Of a stretch of 64,000 nucleotides of DNA, positions 1 to 11,515 are shown one piece after another. The stretch comes from a virus, in IMG/VR virus record IMGVR_UViG_3300045988_076504, positions 32,001-96,000 of that record, one strand, 5' to 3'. The position numbers were made by a program, and so were the translations under genes. Below the pieces are notes generated by a model. That model made no database searches and was not told the DNA's origin. It worked only from the letters and a program-made list of their open reading frames with translations. Position 1 is the first letter of the stretch, and every line of letters begins with the position of its first letter.

Positions 1-114
1 ACAATATCCGGACAAGATCAACCAATAAAACAACTGTCCAGATCTGATTACAAATACTGTTATAGATCGTATTAGAAATTAGATCAGACATCATTTAAAT
101 TCACAATATCATGA
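1..114 (+). CDS. 3' end of an upstream late gene (partial at window edge)
   Basis: Frame 1 is open from nt 1, with one in-frame TAG at 73. TGA at 112-114 overlaps the next ATG (ATGA at 111-114). Confidence 0.35.
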
Positions 115-332
115 AATACTTAGAAGACGATATAAAATTCTTTTCGAGAGTTGTCTCAGGTTCACAAGACGGAGTAATTGCAAGCGCGGAACAGATAAAG
201 GATTACGATTGGAAAGGCGGAGAATTTTAGAATAATATAAATAGCTAGCTGTATTAGGAGATTGCAAAATTAAAAGAACTTGGTTTTGATATGACCCCTA
301 TAACAGAACAAGAAATATTAGAAGGATTATGA
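111..332 (+). CDS. Small hypothetical late protein (73 aa if TAG is sense)
   Basis: ATG at 111. In-frame TAGs at 228, 246 and 255. TGA at 330-332 overlaps the next ATG at 329 (ATGA). N-terminus MKYLEDDIK weakly resembles the fibre N-termini downstream. Confidence 0.45.
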
Positions 333-1426
333 AATTTTTAGATTTAAACGGTTTAAATACCCTTAAAAGTTATATAAAGAATACCTACGCTAAAAAGCCA
401 ACAATTATAACGCTGTCACAAATCGATACTTGTGGATATGAAAGTGCTTGGGATCTTGCTCAAGCTGCTAAAAATTCAGAAACAGGTTTAGTGTTCTATG
501 TTAGCGATATGTATTCTACACTTTATGTATTTGGTGAAAATCCTATACATGGCTGTGTACAAGTACTAGTTGGCAATTGTGTGATGGACACAAGCGATTC
601 CTCTATCAGTGTAGCACACAAAGATGGAATTTCTGCAACATATGTCAGAACATATCTTCACAAACCTGCCGCAATATATAATAAAGATGCAGGTTTTGAT
701 AGTACAACACAAGAATGGTCAGCGTGGATCATTAGAGAAACAAACGTTGCTACGAAAACCGGAACTGTCGCTAATAATATTAACGCAATTAAACAATCTC
801 TTGGTGATTTGTTATCGGTCGGTGTTGGAACAAATGTTGACAAAAATAAGCTTACACTCGGCTCGATGTATACAGGAGGCCTTTTAAAAGCACCCGGTAC
901 ATTAATCGATAAAGAAATTCCAGAAGCAAGTCAGACATGTAACGGTCTGATGTCAGTTGCTGATAAAATCAAACTTGACGGTTTGAGTGATGGTGGTAGC
1001 AGCACTGTAACAGATCCTACAAGCGTTGCAAAGATTGTAAGGTTTGACAGTGTTGTTACAGGAGATGTTACTATCGCAGCAGGATCTATAACAAGCGATA
1101 ATTGTGTTTTAGTATATCTTAAAGATAAGAACATATTTGCAATAAAAGATTAGGATAACGATACATATTATAATAACGGAGGTATTATCTTAAACGACAA
1201 TCCTGGAGTATGGGTATCGTCAGATAATTTCTCAGGACTTATTCCAAATTTTGAAGCAGGGTATAAAGCGATTCCGAATGCTATTTATGTCGACAAAGAT
1301 TATAAAATGTATGTTGGCGGTGTTATAAATAATTTGAAAGGTGGTGGTAAGTTCTGCCAGGCACTTAACGTAATAAACGTAATGAACATCCCAATAGATG
1401 AAATAAATACAACAGAAACTGAATAA
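329..1426 (+). CDS. Tail-fibre-like protein, paralog 1
   Basis: Track ORF 329-1153 continues in frame through TAG at 1151 to TAA at 1424. N-terminus is MKFLDLNGLNTLKSYIKN, and an internal NGLMSVADKIKLDGL motif is shared with the 2291 fibre. Confidence 0.7.
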
Positions 1427-1439
1427 TTAAAGATTAAAT

Positions 1440-2276
1440 ATGGCAAAATATTTAGATAGTGCTGGTCTTAGCACACTTGTGGGACAAATAAAAGAAAAAT
1501 ATTATCCAAAGACCAGCGGAAATAGTGATAGAAGTGATATTAATGCAATACTTAACGGGGATAAACCATTAGTTGCTCCACAACTTGTTACAAACGGATG
1601 GACTGTCACTAAGGTTGGCGGAAGTGCAGATACTACAGCTTATTCTGGAACTACCATTACTGTACCAACAGGATCATCAGTACAATATACAGGTACTTGG
1701 AAATGGACAACAACTGTAGGATATAAAGACCCTGAAACTGTCAGTGGTGCGTGGGGTTCTACTAAACCAGCATCCGGTACTGCAAGTAGTGTGTGTGCAG
1801 TACAAAGTAAAACTTCAACCACAGTAACTGATGCAACTATAGCACAAGTAACATTGACTGCTGCAAAAAAAGGATTGATGTTAAGCGGTCAGAAAGTAGT
1901 AAAAGCAAGTGGTAATGATAACACAAGTGCTTCTGCGATAGTTAAGTTTAGAGAGTGTGTTTATTGTGGAGCTGTTACATCTGCAACGCCTGATGGCAGT
2001 ACAATTGCAGCATTGGCAAATCCATTGTTGTTGGGTTCAAGACAAGCAACTATCACAGCAAATACAGATTCAAGCCACTACTATTGTTATGCATATCCAA
2101 CAAGTTTCGGCGAGCTTATTTCAATCATAGCAGATGGCGCAGATCCTATTAAAGATAACTTCAGAGCTGTGCAAACAGTAAATGTGAAAAACAAAGCAGG
2201 ACTTACAAAAGACTATTATGTATATGTAAGTGTTAATAAGGGTGCGTTTTCAAACAACTCACTCGCATTTAGATAA
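1440..2276 (+). CDS. Tail-fibre-like protein, paralog 2
   Basis: Intact ORF ending in TAA. N-terminus MAKYLDSAGLSTLVGQIKEKY matches the shared fibre anchor motif. Confidence 0.75.
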   Translation: MAKYLDSAGLSTLVGQIKEKYYPKTSGNSDRSDINAILNGDKPLVAPQLVTNGWTVTKVGGSADTTAYSGTTITVPTGSSVQYTGTWKWTTTVGYKDPETVSGAWGSTKPASGTASSVCAVQSKTSTTVTDATIAQVTLTAAKKGLMLSGQKVVKASGNDNTSASAIVKFRECVYCGAVTSATPDGSTIAALANPLLLGSRQATITANTDSSHYYCYAYPTSFGELISIIADGADPIKDNFRAVQTVNVKNKAGLTKDYYVYVSVNKGAFSNNSLAFR

Positions 2277-2290
2277 TTGGAGGATTAAAT

Positions 2291-4339
2291 ATGGCAAAAT
2301 TAGGACAAATTAAATCCGGAACAATGCGAGTTGGTAATACCACCGCATCCGGTTATGGTATTGTATATGCAGATGAGATTATAGGTCACAGAAGAGTAAA
2401 CACGTATGCTGACTTAGCAAATATTCCAGATTGGTCTTTGTATAATAAAGCAGGAGGTGAAACAACGTCTGCGGCTATAGGACAGTTATGGTATGTTACT
2501 ACTGGAGACACTTCTGGTCATTCTGCCGGTTTGTATCAGCTTACAGCTTGGTCAAACAATATAAAAACTTGGACGTTCTTTAAAAATGGAGCAAATGCAT
2601 CCAATACAACCTATACATTTGCAAATGGATCGAACGGTACGTTCACTGTAACGCCATCTGGAGGTTCTGCTCAAACGGTATCTATTGGTAAACCATCTAC
2701 TGCTGGAACAGCGGATCATGCAAAAACCGCAGATTCTGCTACAAAGGCTAATAGCGCTACATCAGCAACAAATGCTGGTCATGCTGCTAGCGCTGATAGT
2801 GCTACTAGTGCTACAAAAGCTACAAATGATGCAAACGGTAACAATATTGCAGGTACATATTTGACAAAAAATACAGCTTCTACTACATACGCAACAAAAA
2901 GCGAAATTTCAGCTCTTACATCTGCTTTGGTATATAGAGGTACTGTTGATGCTAAATACGCACTCCCTACAAAAAATGTAAAAATTGGAGATGTATATGT
3001 AGTTGCTGCAACTGGTACGTTTGCCGGTCAGACATGTGAACCTGGAGATATGATTATAGCTCAAACTGCAAGCAATGCTGAAGGTACACCAGCACCTACA
3101 TGGACTGTAGTGCAGACTAACATCAACGGTGCTGTAACGACTACTGAAAATCTTACTGCAAGCAGGTTGGTTGTTGGTAATAGTAATAAAAGTATAAGAG
3201 TTGCAACTGGTTCAGGTCTTGTTAAATTGACAGAAGGTGTTGTTAGTTACGATAACAATACATATTTAACAACAAGTAGTGCATCTAATACTTATGCTAC
3301 AAAAACTGCTCTTGATGGTAAAGTTGATAAGGTATCTGGTAAAGGATTAAGTACAAATGATTTTACTACTGCCGATAAAACTAAACTCGATGATCTTGGA
3401 TTGTCTGGGAATTCTTTTAATGATACATCTACTAATACTAAAGGTTTAACACTCAACTTAGTTGGTACCGACAGCAGTTACAATATACCAATTGTTAAAC
3501 CAAGCACTGATGCTTCGACTTACGGTCTTATGAGTGGTACTGACAAGAAGAAACTTGACAACATCGCAGAAGGTGCTAATAAGTATAGTCTTCCAACTGC
3601 CGCTAACGGTACACTTGGTGGTATCGCACTTGGATATGCAGAAACAGGTAGAAATTATGCTGTAAAATTAGACAGTAATAAAGCTTATGTTCATGTACCT
3701 TGGACAGATACTAATACTACTTATCCTTTAGCTTCTACATCCGCTAATGGTTTGATGTCTAGTACAGACAAAAACAAATTAAATGCTATACAAACTCCAG
3801 CAACTATAACAACATCATAGTTAGATTTGTGTGGGTATACCAATGCTGAATCTCTAGTTAACGCTGTAGCTAACCAAAAAGACGGGCTTTCTTATTTCGT
3901 AACCGATCAGAACGCAATTGTAACATTGCAAACAGACAACGGAAAGCATGCTATAATCCAAACGATAAGAACAGCTACTGAATTAAATGATTTGTGGGAA
4001 TTTGCCACAGGCACAACGTCGTCTCATACAGATGGAGTTCTTTTTACATACTAGAGATTCTATCCAATAGGTGGAACTTACTCTACTGATACCCGCAATA
4101 AGTGGACAAAGTGGGCTATAATAGACGTAGATACAATGTACACTACAAACAGGTCAAATATGAATAGTGTTTACAAATAGCTGGGTAAACAACTACTTAG
4201 TAATTTGAGCGTGGATACGAATGGAAAAATCACATTCAGTTCTACTTATTCCGGAACAAGTACAGCAGGAATCAAATCACAATCTAAAGATATATTAACA
4301 CCTATACTAAAATCGGAAATTACTACATTATTTAATTGA
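2291..4339 (+). CDS. Tail fibre with Ser/Ala/Thr-rich repeat stalk
   Basis: ORFs 2291-3820 and 3827-4054 plus downstream sequence share frame 2. They are joined by TAGs at 3818, 4052 and 4178, and TGA is at 4337. The stalk has SATxA-type repeats, and there are three GL(S/M)xxDxxKLDxx repeats. Confidence 0.75.
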
Positions 4340-4345
4340 TAAAAT

Positions 4346-4993
4346 ATGGCACAATATTTAGATTTAAACGGATTGCGTACGGTTGTAGACAATATAAAAA
4401 ACATTAAATCCCCTGTTTGTTTACCTACTTACGATAGGCGTTCCTCCTTATCATCCACAGCAACTGTGAAAAATGAAACTGCCTCCTCATATACACTTAT
4501 TATGTATGATACGAGGAGCTTGAGGTTTTTAGCATTGTCGAATGGAGCATTTTACACCAGGTGGGATTCTAATTCGAAACATTTGAGTTACGATTGTTAT
4601 GGAACACCATTGGACACTGGTGTACAACCTAAATTTGGATATTTATATGCAAATGTATTTGATAATACATTATAGTTAGGTGGAACAAATGGACAACTTA
4701 AAAATGTGGCAAATTATACAGCCCCAACAACATGGACTACTGTAACAACGTCTCCTATAAGTGGTGGGGATACAATTACAAAAATGGAAAAAAGCGATAC
4801 TGGAAATGGTACATATTTGTGGAGAATAACTGTAAAAAATCCAAATGCGGACGCTTGTGACTTTCTCGTATAGGATGCTGCCGGCAATAATTTCATACAG
4901 TATGGTATATATTTAGAAGGTAAGCAGTCTGGTACGTTTACAATAGAATTACCAAAAACAACTCCAAATGACCGTTTTTACGTCACAACATAA
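4346..4993 (+). CDS. Tail-fibre-like protein, paralog 3
   Basis: N-terminus MAQYLDLNGLRTVVDNIKNI. In-frame TAGs at 4673 and 4871. TAA at 4991. Confidence 0.65.
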
Positions 4994-5050
4994 TATATTT
5001 TAACATATTTTATCAAAAAATTGTACATTGATGCAACCATAAACGCATAA

Positions 5051-5140
5051 ATTTCCGTTATGGAAATATCAGCGGTAGCACTTAGCTACCAGATTTATAG
5101 GTGTGCGAACACCTGTAAATCCCTATAACTTGCAAGTTAT
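5051..5140 (+). other. Cluster of four consecutive stem-loops in a 285-nt intergenic gap
   Basis: ATTTCC-GTTAT-GGAAAT (5051-5067). GGTAGC-ACTTA-GCTACC (5074-5090). AGGTGT-GCGA-ACACCT (5099-5114, GNRA loop, extendable to about 9 bp). 16-nt palindrome ATAACTTGCAAGTTAT (5125-5140). Confidence 0.5.
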
Positions 5141-5276
5141 TTTATGAAGGTTCATAGCCATTTTTTAATTAATCCTTTTATTTCTTTTAACTACGGAAGA
5201 TAAAATAACTGAGAAGGTTTATTGTTACGATCATCCGAGCGCATACAATAACCACGACGCTCTTGCTATAGCAGCT

Positions 5277-6026
5277 ATGGCAGGACGCAATAATGAAGAT
5301 CCGTTGGCAATGGCATCTATGATGAATAACAACTAGTGGATGAACAATCCTTTTATCTATTTGGTATTCCTCATGATGTTCGGTAATGGAGGTTTCTGGG
5401 GTAACCGTAATGGTCTCCAAGGAGCTGAAATTCAAGGACAGCTTGATTCTCTGCGTAATCAGATGGCAGATAACCAGAATAGCAACTTAATTATGGGAGC
5501 TATTCAAGGTAATAACTGTGATCTGAAAGCTCTTGCTTCAAATCTTAACTGTGATTTCAACCAGTTACAAAACTCTGTTTGTGCGGTACGTTCCGCAATT
5601 GAACAGGTTGGTGGAAAGATCGGTTATAGCGCAGAACGAGTAATCAATGCAGCTAACTTAGGTGATATGAATATAATTCAGCAACTTAAGGACTGCTGCT
5701 GCCAGACCCAACAGAACATTATCAAGATGGGTTATGAGCAGTAGCTCGCAACATGTAATCAGACTAACACTTTGCAGAATGCAATCCAGTATGTGGCAAC
5801 AGGCGTTGAACGAGGATTCGCTGCATCAAGTTTCCAGAACGCACAAGATAAATGTGATATAATCCGTTCTAGCCAGGATAATACTCAACGTATCATAGAT
5901 ACATTGAATAATCACTGGCAGTGTGATTTACAATAGAGGTATAATGATGCAAGACTAGAGCTCAGTCAGCAGAAACAGAATGCTACGTTAATCGCAGCTC
6001 TGAAACCTGCTGCAGCTGCTGCATAA
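5277..6026 (+). CDS. Hypothetical Gln/Asn/Cys-rich protein with hydrophobic N-terminal segment
   Basis: 5277 is the first in-frame ATG after a TAA at 5166. TAGs at 5334, 5742 and 5934. TAA at 6024. Has a FIYLVFLMMFGNGGFWG hydrophobic stretch and an Ala-rich C-terminus. Confidence 0.6.
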
Positions 6027-6038
6027 AATGGTTAATAG

Positions 6039-6080
6039 AAGGGAGAGGGACAATATCCCTTTCCCTTTTTTGTTTTATTT
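6039..6080 (+). terminator. Rho-independent terminator
   Basis: About 10-bp stem AGGGAGAGGG / CCCTTTCCCT (one G-U pair) with loop ACAATAT, followed by TTTTTTGTTTTATTT. It lies immediately after the TAA at 6024. Confidence 0.75.
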
Positions 6081-6093
6081 AAATTTACAAACT

Positions 6094-6579
6094 ATGTTGT
6101 TTAAAGATTTGAATCCAAATTATCCGATATTTATCTTCAATAAAACAGATATTACTGTACAGGAAGGTAAAGTTATAAACAAAGGTCTTCCGCATTTTGA
6201 TATGTTGCATAACACTACTTCTGCGATGGTTACAGATATAACTATCAAAGCTGGAGATGTTACAAAAACATATACATTTAAAGACGATACTGAAATAGGG
6301 TATGCTGAAAACCTTGTAATATCTCCAAATAGAGATGCTATATTACGTGAGGTAGAATCTATCAAAGATCAATCTGAACAAGTTCTTAACCAAATTGATC
6401 TACATAAAGCAACAGTAGAAAAATGTAACAAAGTATTGTCCGAGTTTAATCCGGTGTTTAAAGAGAAGAAAGAAACAGAACAACGTTTCTCAAAACTTGA
6501 ATCTTCTGTTGAAGATATTAAAACAATGATTTCAAATCTTTCAAACACTATAAACAATAATAACAATGGACAAGTCTAA
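6094..6579 (+). CDS. Hypothetical protein
   Basis: Start moved to ATG 6094 (MLFKDLNPNY), because the track start at 6028 lies inside the terminator hairpin. Ends in TAA. No TAG. Confidence 0.7.
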   Translation: MLFKDLNPNYPIFIFNKTDITVQEGKVINKGLPHFDMLHNTTSAMVTDITIKAGDVTKTYTFKDDTEIGYAENLVISPNRDAILREVESIKDQSEQVLNQIDLHKATVEKCNKVLSEFNPVFKEKKETEQRFSKLESSVEDIKTMISNLSNTINNNNNGQV

Positions 6580-7063
6580 AATGAAAATGCACATAGACAG
6601 AATATCTTCTTTAATGGAAGAGCATAGTGATTCTGAAGTAAAGTGCGCAATAGTAAAAACGATCATGTCTTATCTATCAAAATGTGATGATAATACAATA
6701 AATGAGTTGTTAGATTGTACTGAAGGTTTATGTAATTATAATAACTTCTTAACGCAAAAGGAAGCATATGAAATACTAAACAAGTTTAAAAACTCGAATG
6801 GTAGTTCTGGTGCCCCTTTAAACATGTCAATACTTGAAACGCTTAAAGATGAAAACAAGTGCATAGACGATGCTCCAAATTATAATAAATGGGCATTATA
6901 TGTCACAATGTGCAAGTTTGCATCGGATCAAGGAGAGGTTATTTCTAAACTTGTGAACAATGATCATAATGCTTATATTAGTGCTTGTTATGATATGTCT
7001 GTTGCTCAGCTTAAAGATGCTGACAGACCGAGATGGGTAAGACAATACTTTAATTTATTTTAA
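6566..7063 (+). CDS. Hypothetical protein
   Basis: Intact 165-aa ORF overlapping the preceding stop by 14 nt. Ends in TAA. Confidence 0.7.
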   Translation: MDKSKMKMHIDRISSLMEEHSDSEVKCAIVKTIMSYLSKCDDNTINELLDCTEGLCNYNNFLTQKEAYEILNKFKNSNGSSGAPLNMSILETLKDENKCIDDAPNYNKWALYVTMCKFASDQGEVISKLVNNDHNAYISACYDMSVAQLKDADRPRWVRQYFNLF

Positions 7064-7065
7064 AT

Positions 7066-9945
7066 ATGAAAATTCAAAAGAAGCAAGAAATTGAATTCTT
7101 TGGTACCAAAACAGGCAATGCTAATTCTATCGCTTTAGGCTACGCAACTGAGACTAAGAACTTCGGGGAAGTTGCTGTAGGTGTAATGAATAAGTCTACC
7201 GCTGCTAAAGATCCAAATAGCCCAAAAGGCGTTTGCGCTGATTCTGATGCCACTTTGTTCTCTGTTGGATGTGGTGGAAGCGGGGAACGAAAGAACGCGT
7301 TAGAAGTAAAAGGAGACGGCTCTGTGTTGATTTCTGGAGAGAATGGTGATATAAATGTTGCCGATAAAATTAAGCAGGCTCTCGATACAGATGCAAGCAT
7401 TGAACTTGTTAAATCTACAGAGAGTGATCTCCAGTATACACTTATGGTTAACAACGAGTCACGTGGAAGCATAAATATTCCAAAAGATCAATTCTTGAAG
7501 AATGTAACGTATGATACTGAAGCTAAACAGCTTGTATTTACGTTTGTAACACTTGATGAGGAAGAGCATGTAGAGAAAATATCTATCAACGATCTGAAAG
7601 ATGTCTATACAGCTGGTGATGGTATTAACATAGATAATAATGTAATATCTGCTGATTTTAGTTCTGTCATGACAGCTATATCTGATGAAAAGACTTAGAG
7701 GGAAACGACTGATAACGAAATAAAGTCTACATTAGATACTAAAGCTGATTTAAATAATGCCATAACTTATCGTTCAGATAATATAAGTGGATTATTTAAC
7801 AACGATGGAAACAAACAAGAATCTTATGGTTATCGTTGTGTGGATATAGGTTTTAATAATGTAAGAAACTTTAGCAATACTTGCATTTCTATAGGTAGCG
7901 ATAACAACCAACTTGAAAGAGGCGATAACACTATTTGTATGGGTACATCAAACACTTTTAACTATGGTAGTGTTTGTGTTGGAGACAATATAAAATCCAG
8001 ATATACTAATTCTATATATATTGGAAGTGGAATAACCACAAAACAAGACACCTTTGGTTCACTTAACACTATAATTGGCAGTTATGACGGTTTAAATGTT
8101 GCTTGTACACCGATTGGATTTATTAGCGTTGGGTTCGGACCTCGTGCCGACAAAGACGGAAAAGTACTTTATCAAATCGGAGCTCATCATGCTACAGATT
8201 ATAACAAAGATAATTATAATCTAGAAGAAACCCTTACTTCTGATTACGATCATAAAAAGTATATTTATGGTATTGGTGGTTATGATGGTACAGACCCTGT
8301 AACAACTAAAGCTAAATCTCTTCAAGAAGTCTTAGATACTAAAGCTAACAAAACAGATGTAAATAGTCGTTTAGATGATTTACAAAACCGTTGTTTTAAG
8401 TTTGGAATTGATGGTAGCATAGCAGCTCCATATAAAGGAATACCTACAGATGATTCAAAACTAAAGATTAAAACATTAAAGGATAATCAAGAATATACTT
8501 ATGTTAACGTAAGTGGTATTTTAGAGCCTGGAGACCCAGCTTATAATTGTATATATGATAAAACTCTCGATAAAACCATTAATATTATAACTAGTGATGA
8601 CTTTATTCCAACAAATAAAGAAGGTGATTTTTTTAAAACATCTGAATCTCTTGATTTAACTCACACATTTTATCTTGATAATGAAAAGACAGGTATTGTT
8701 GATAATCTTACTCAACTTACCATTGAAGAAACTAATGTTTTTGTAAATTTTCCGTATGTGGAAATTAATGATAATCTTAATGACAGTGAAGTACCACAAT
8801 ACATATATGATGCAACTGATAATAAATGGATAGAAGTTGTTGATACATTTTATACCAGTTCGTATGTTGGTTTTAATACAGAAGAACCATTAGATTTGAC
8901 ACATGAATTTTATAATAATGTTATAGGAAATTGGACAAGCGTTGGAGAACACTCTACAGCATTAGGTTGTTATGCGTATTCAGGTGGAAACGAATCTATA
9001 GCATTAGGATGTTTTACAACAGTAAACGGCAATGGTTCTACATGTTTAGGATATAATTCACAAGTAGATGGAGACGAATCTATTGTATTAGGATATAATT
9101 CATCATCAAAGGCGAGTTATAATGTAGTATTAGGACGAAAAATAAAATCTTACGCAGGTGCGTCTAATAGTGTAGCAATAGGAACTGGTCTAACTGTAAA
9201 TGGAAATCATGCTATCGGGATAGGAGATGGAATAGATTTAAATAATGATAGGAGTATAGCAATAGGAGATGTTAGCTATGTATCTGTTGGAGCTATAGCT
9301 ATTGGTAATAATAATAATGCAACAGGAGACACGTCTATAGCTATTGGAGATACCACTCGCTCAAAGGGTAACTATTCTACATGTATTGGTTATCGTGCAA
9401 ATGCAACCGGTCTTAATTCTTCAGCTTTAGGTGCTTATTCAAGTACTGGTGGAGATTATGCTATAGCTCTTGGTAAAAACATGTCAAATACTAAATCAAT
9501 ATTTGGTGTTGGTTTTAATGGTGTGAATGGTATCGATATGGATAGAGATAATTATGGTCTTTATCTTAAAGGTTTTGGTGGTTATGATGGAACTAATCTT
9601 GTAGTACCGAGTGGAAATACTGAAACTCTCAATCCTGGTATTAAAAGTGTTCAGCAAATAATTAATGAAAAAGCTGATGCTTCTGCTTATTATACTAAGA
9701 CTGAAATAGATGGTAAGGGTTATCTTACAGCTCACCAATCATTGGATGATTATGCTAAGAAAACTGAAATACCTAATGTTAGTACCAAAGCCGATCTCGT
9801 TGATGGTAAATTAAAAGCAGAACAATTACCTAAGCTCGATAATATTGCGGAAGCCACCACAACAGAAGACATGATAACCAAATTCAACGATTTACTTGCC
9901 GATTTGAAAGCTAAAGGTTATATGACTGCCGACATAACAACATAA
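7066..9945 (+). CDS. Large tail fibre/spike with YadA-head-like (Hep_Hag-type) repeats
   Basis: ORFs 7066-7698 and 7840-9945 are both frame 1, joined through a single TAG at 7696 (checked codon by codon). Has repeated SxAxG / SIAIGD / NATGxxSxAxG units like trimeric autotransporter head repeats. TAA at 9943. Confidence 0.75.
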
Positions 9946-9952
9946 TCATTTT

Positions 9953-10384
9953 ATGACATTTAATATTAATAATACCACTATCAAAGGGATATGTAATTTC
10001 GAAGGATTAGTACTTACCGCATATAAATGTCCAGCTGGAGTTTGGACAATTGGATATGGACATACTAAAGGAGTTAAAAAAGGACAAAAGATAACAAGAG
10101 AACAAGCTGTAGAATATTTAAAATAGGACGTTCAGCCTATTGTAAGCTACTTAAATAAGCTTGGCGTGTGCAAGACACAAGGTTAGTTCGGAGCTTTAGT
10201 TAGTTTTATATTCAATTTAGGCGTTGGTAATTTTTAGAAATCGACACTATTTAAATATATTAAACAAGGTAAATCTGACGACATGATATGTAATTAGTTC
10301 ATGCGTTGGACAAAAGGTGGCGGTAAAGTACTACCAGGATTAGTAAAACGAAGATAGTGGGAGTGTAACATGTGGAGAAGCTAA
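9953..10384 (+). CDS. Endolysin, GH24 (T4/P22-type) lysozyme
   Basis: Invisible in the standard-code track. With TAG as sense it reads MTFNINNTTIKGICNFEGLVLTAYKCPAGVWTIGYGHT...Q-FGALVSFIFNLG...GLVKRR-Q-WE. Shows the E-8aa-C/D-5aa-T catalytic spacing. Five in-frame TAGs, including 10124 and 10184. TAA at 10382. Confidence 0.9.
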
Positions 10385-10385
10385 T

Positions 10386-10901
10386 ATGAATAACATACTT
10401 ACTTAGATTGGATATATGTTCAATTCTATATGTGGACAAAGCCAATGGGCTAAGTTATGGCTTGGAGCGAGTGCGTTGCTCACAGCATACGTTGTCCCTA
10501 TAGTAGGATTATTAGTCGCTTGTTTTGCATTTACTACCGTAGATATGATCTATGGTATAAAAGTAGCAAAAAAGCTAGGACAAAAAATCACTAGTAAGAA
10601 AAATTGGCGTGGTACACTCTAGAAAATAAAGGATGAATTCACCATTATATTATTAGCACATTTGTTGGAATACGTTGTGCTAAACGATCAGATACCATTT
10701 GTACTAACAGGCGGCACTACAGTTATAATATGTTTAACTGAATTATGGTCTATTCTTGAGAATTTACATACATTGGATCCAAACGGTCCGTGGAGATCTT
10801 TAGGTATGTTTTTAAAGAAAAAAGGTGGTGAATATACAGGGATTGAAATTAATAATAAAAACGATGATACAAGCGATAATAACGTGGTTATTAAACCATA
10901 A
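10386..10901 (+). CDS. Holin (phage_holin_4-like, three hydrophobic segments)
   Basis: ORFs 10416-10622 and 10662-10901 share frame 0, joined by TAG at 10620. The ATG at 10386 is followed by TAG at 10404. Motifs: VDMIYGIKVAKKLGQKITSKK ... ELWSILENL. The start could instead be 10416. Confidence 0.7.
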
Positions 10902-11508
10902 AAGAATCGCTGTAGAAGCCTTTTTAAGCCTTTGTGTGACATTATCTGTTTTGTATGGAATAACTATACATAAACAGAATTAGAAGCTTACAGAGAGCTT
11001 AGAAATAGCTCAGAATAACATTGAAGCCTATTAGGGGTTGTTAAACAACTCTTAGTAGGCTTGTAATGTTTTATAGCTAGACATGTCTAAACTAAAAGAA
11101 TCTAACGATAAATTAATACAACAAATAGACAGTGTTCGTAAAGAAAATAAAATTTCTTCAAAAGGTTTAACTACAGCAGCAACCCAAACGTAGGTTTTAA
11201 ACGTTAATAGTAGTAAGGGGGTAGGGGGTTAGGTTATAGTTACTAAAGATACTATATATACAGATAGTATTAAATATAACGACTTAACCAATGTATATTA
11301 TAGTATAAGTAAAGACAGTATTTCTATAAGATTAGATGTACGTAATACTTAGTATCTATACATATATAAGAAAAAAGAATATAAAAATAAGAAAAACTTC
11401 TTTAAACGTTTGTTTACATTAGATTTCAAAAAGGTTACTAAGTACAAGTACAAAATAGTAAATACTAACGAATTACTTAAAGGGGAAGATATAAGAATTA
11501 TAGAATAA
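10864..11508 (+). CDS. Spanin-like protein (N-terminal TM plus coiled coil)
   Basis: ATG at 10864 overlaps the holin 3' end. Frame 1 was verified codon by codon to TAA at 11506. Eight in-frame TAGs at 10981, 11032, 11053, 11056, 11074, 11191, 11230 and 11350. TM segment IAVEAFLSLCVTLSVLYGITI is followed by heptad-like KLKESNDKLIQQIDSVRKEN. Confidence 0.55.
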
Positions 11509-11515
11509 CAATAAT

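Noticed and set aside
6028-6093. ATG at 6028 as the start of the 6028-6579 ORF, as given in the track.
   Set aside because: The first 20 codons coincide with a strong terminator hairpin plus T-tract (6039-6080) belonging to the upstream gene. ATG 6094 is the more plausible start.
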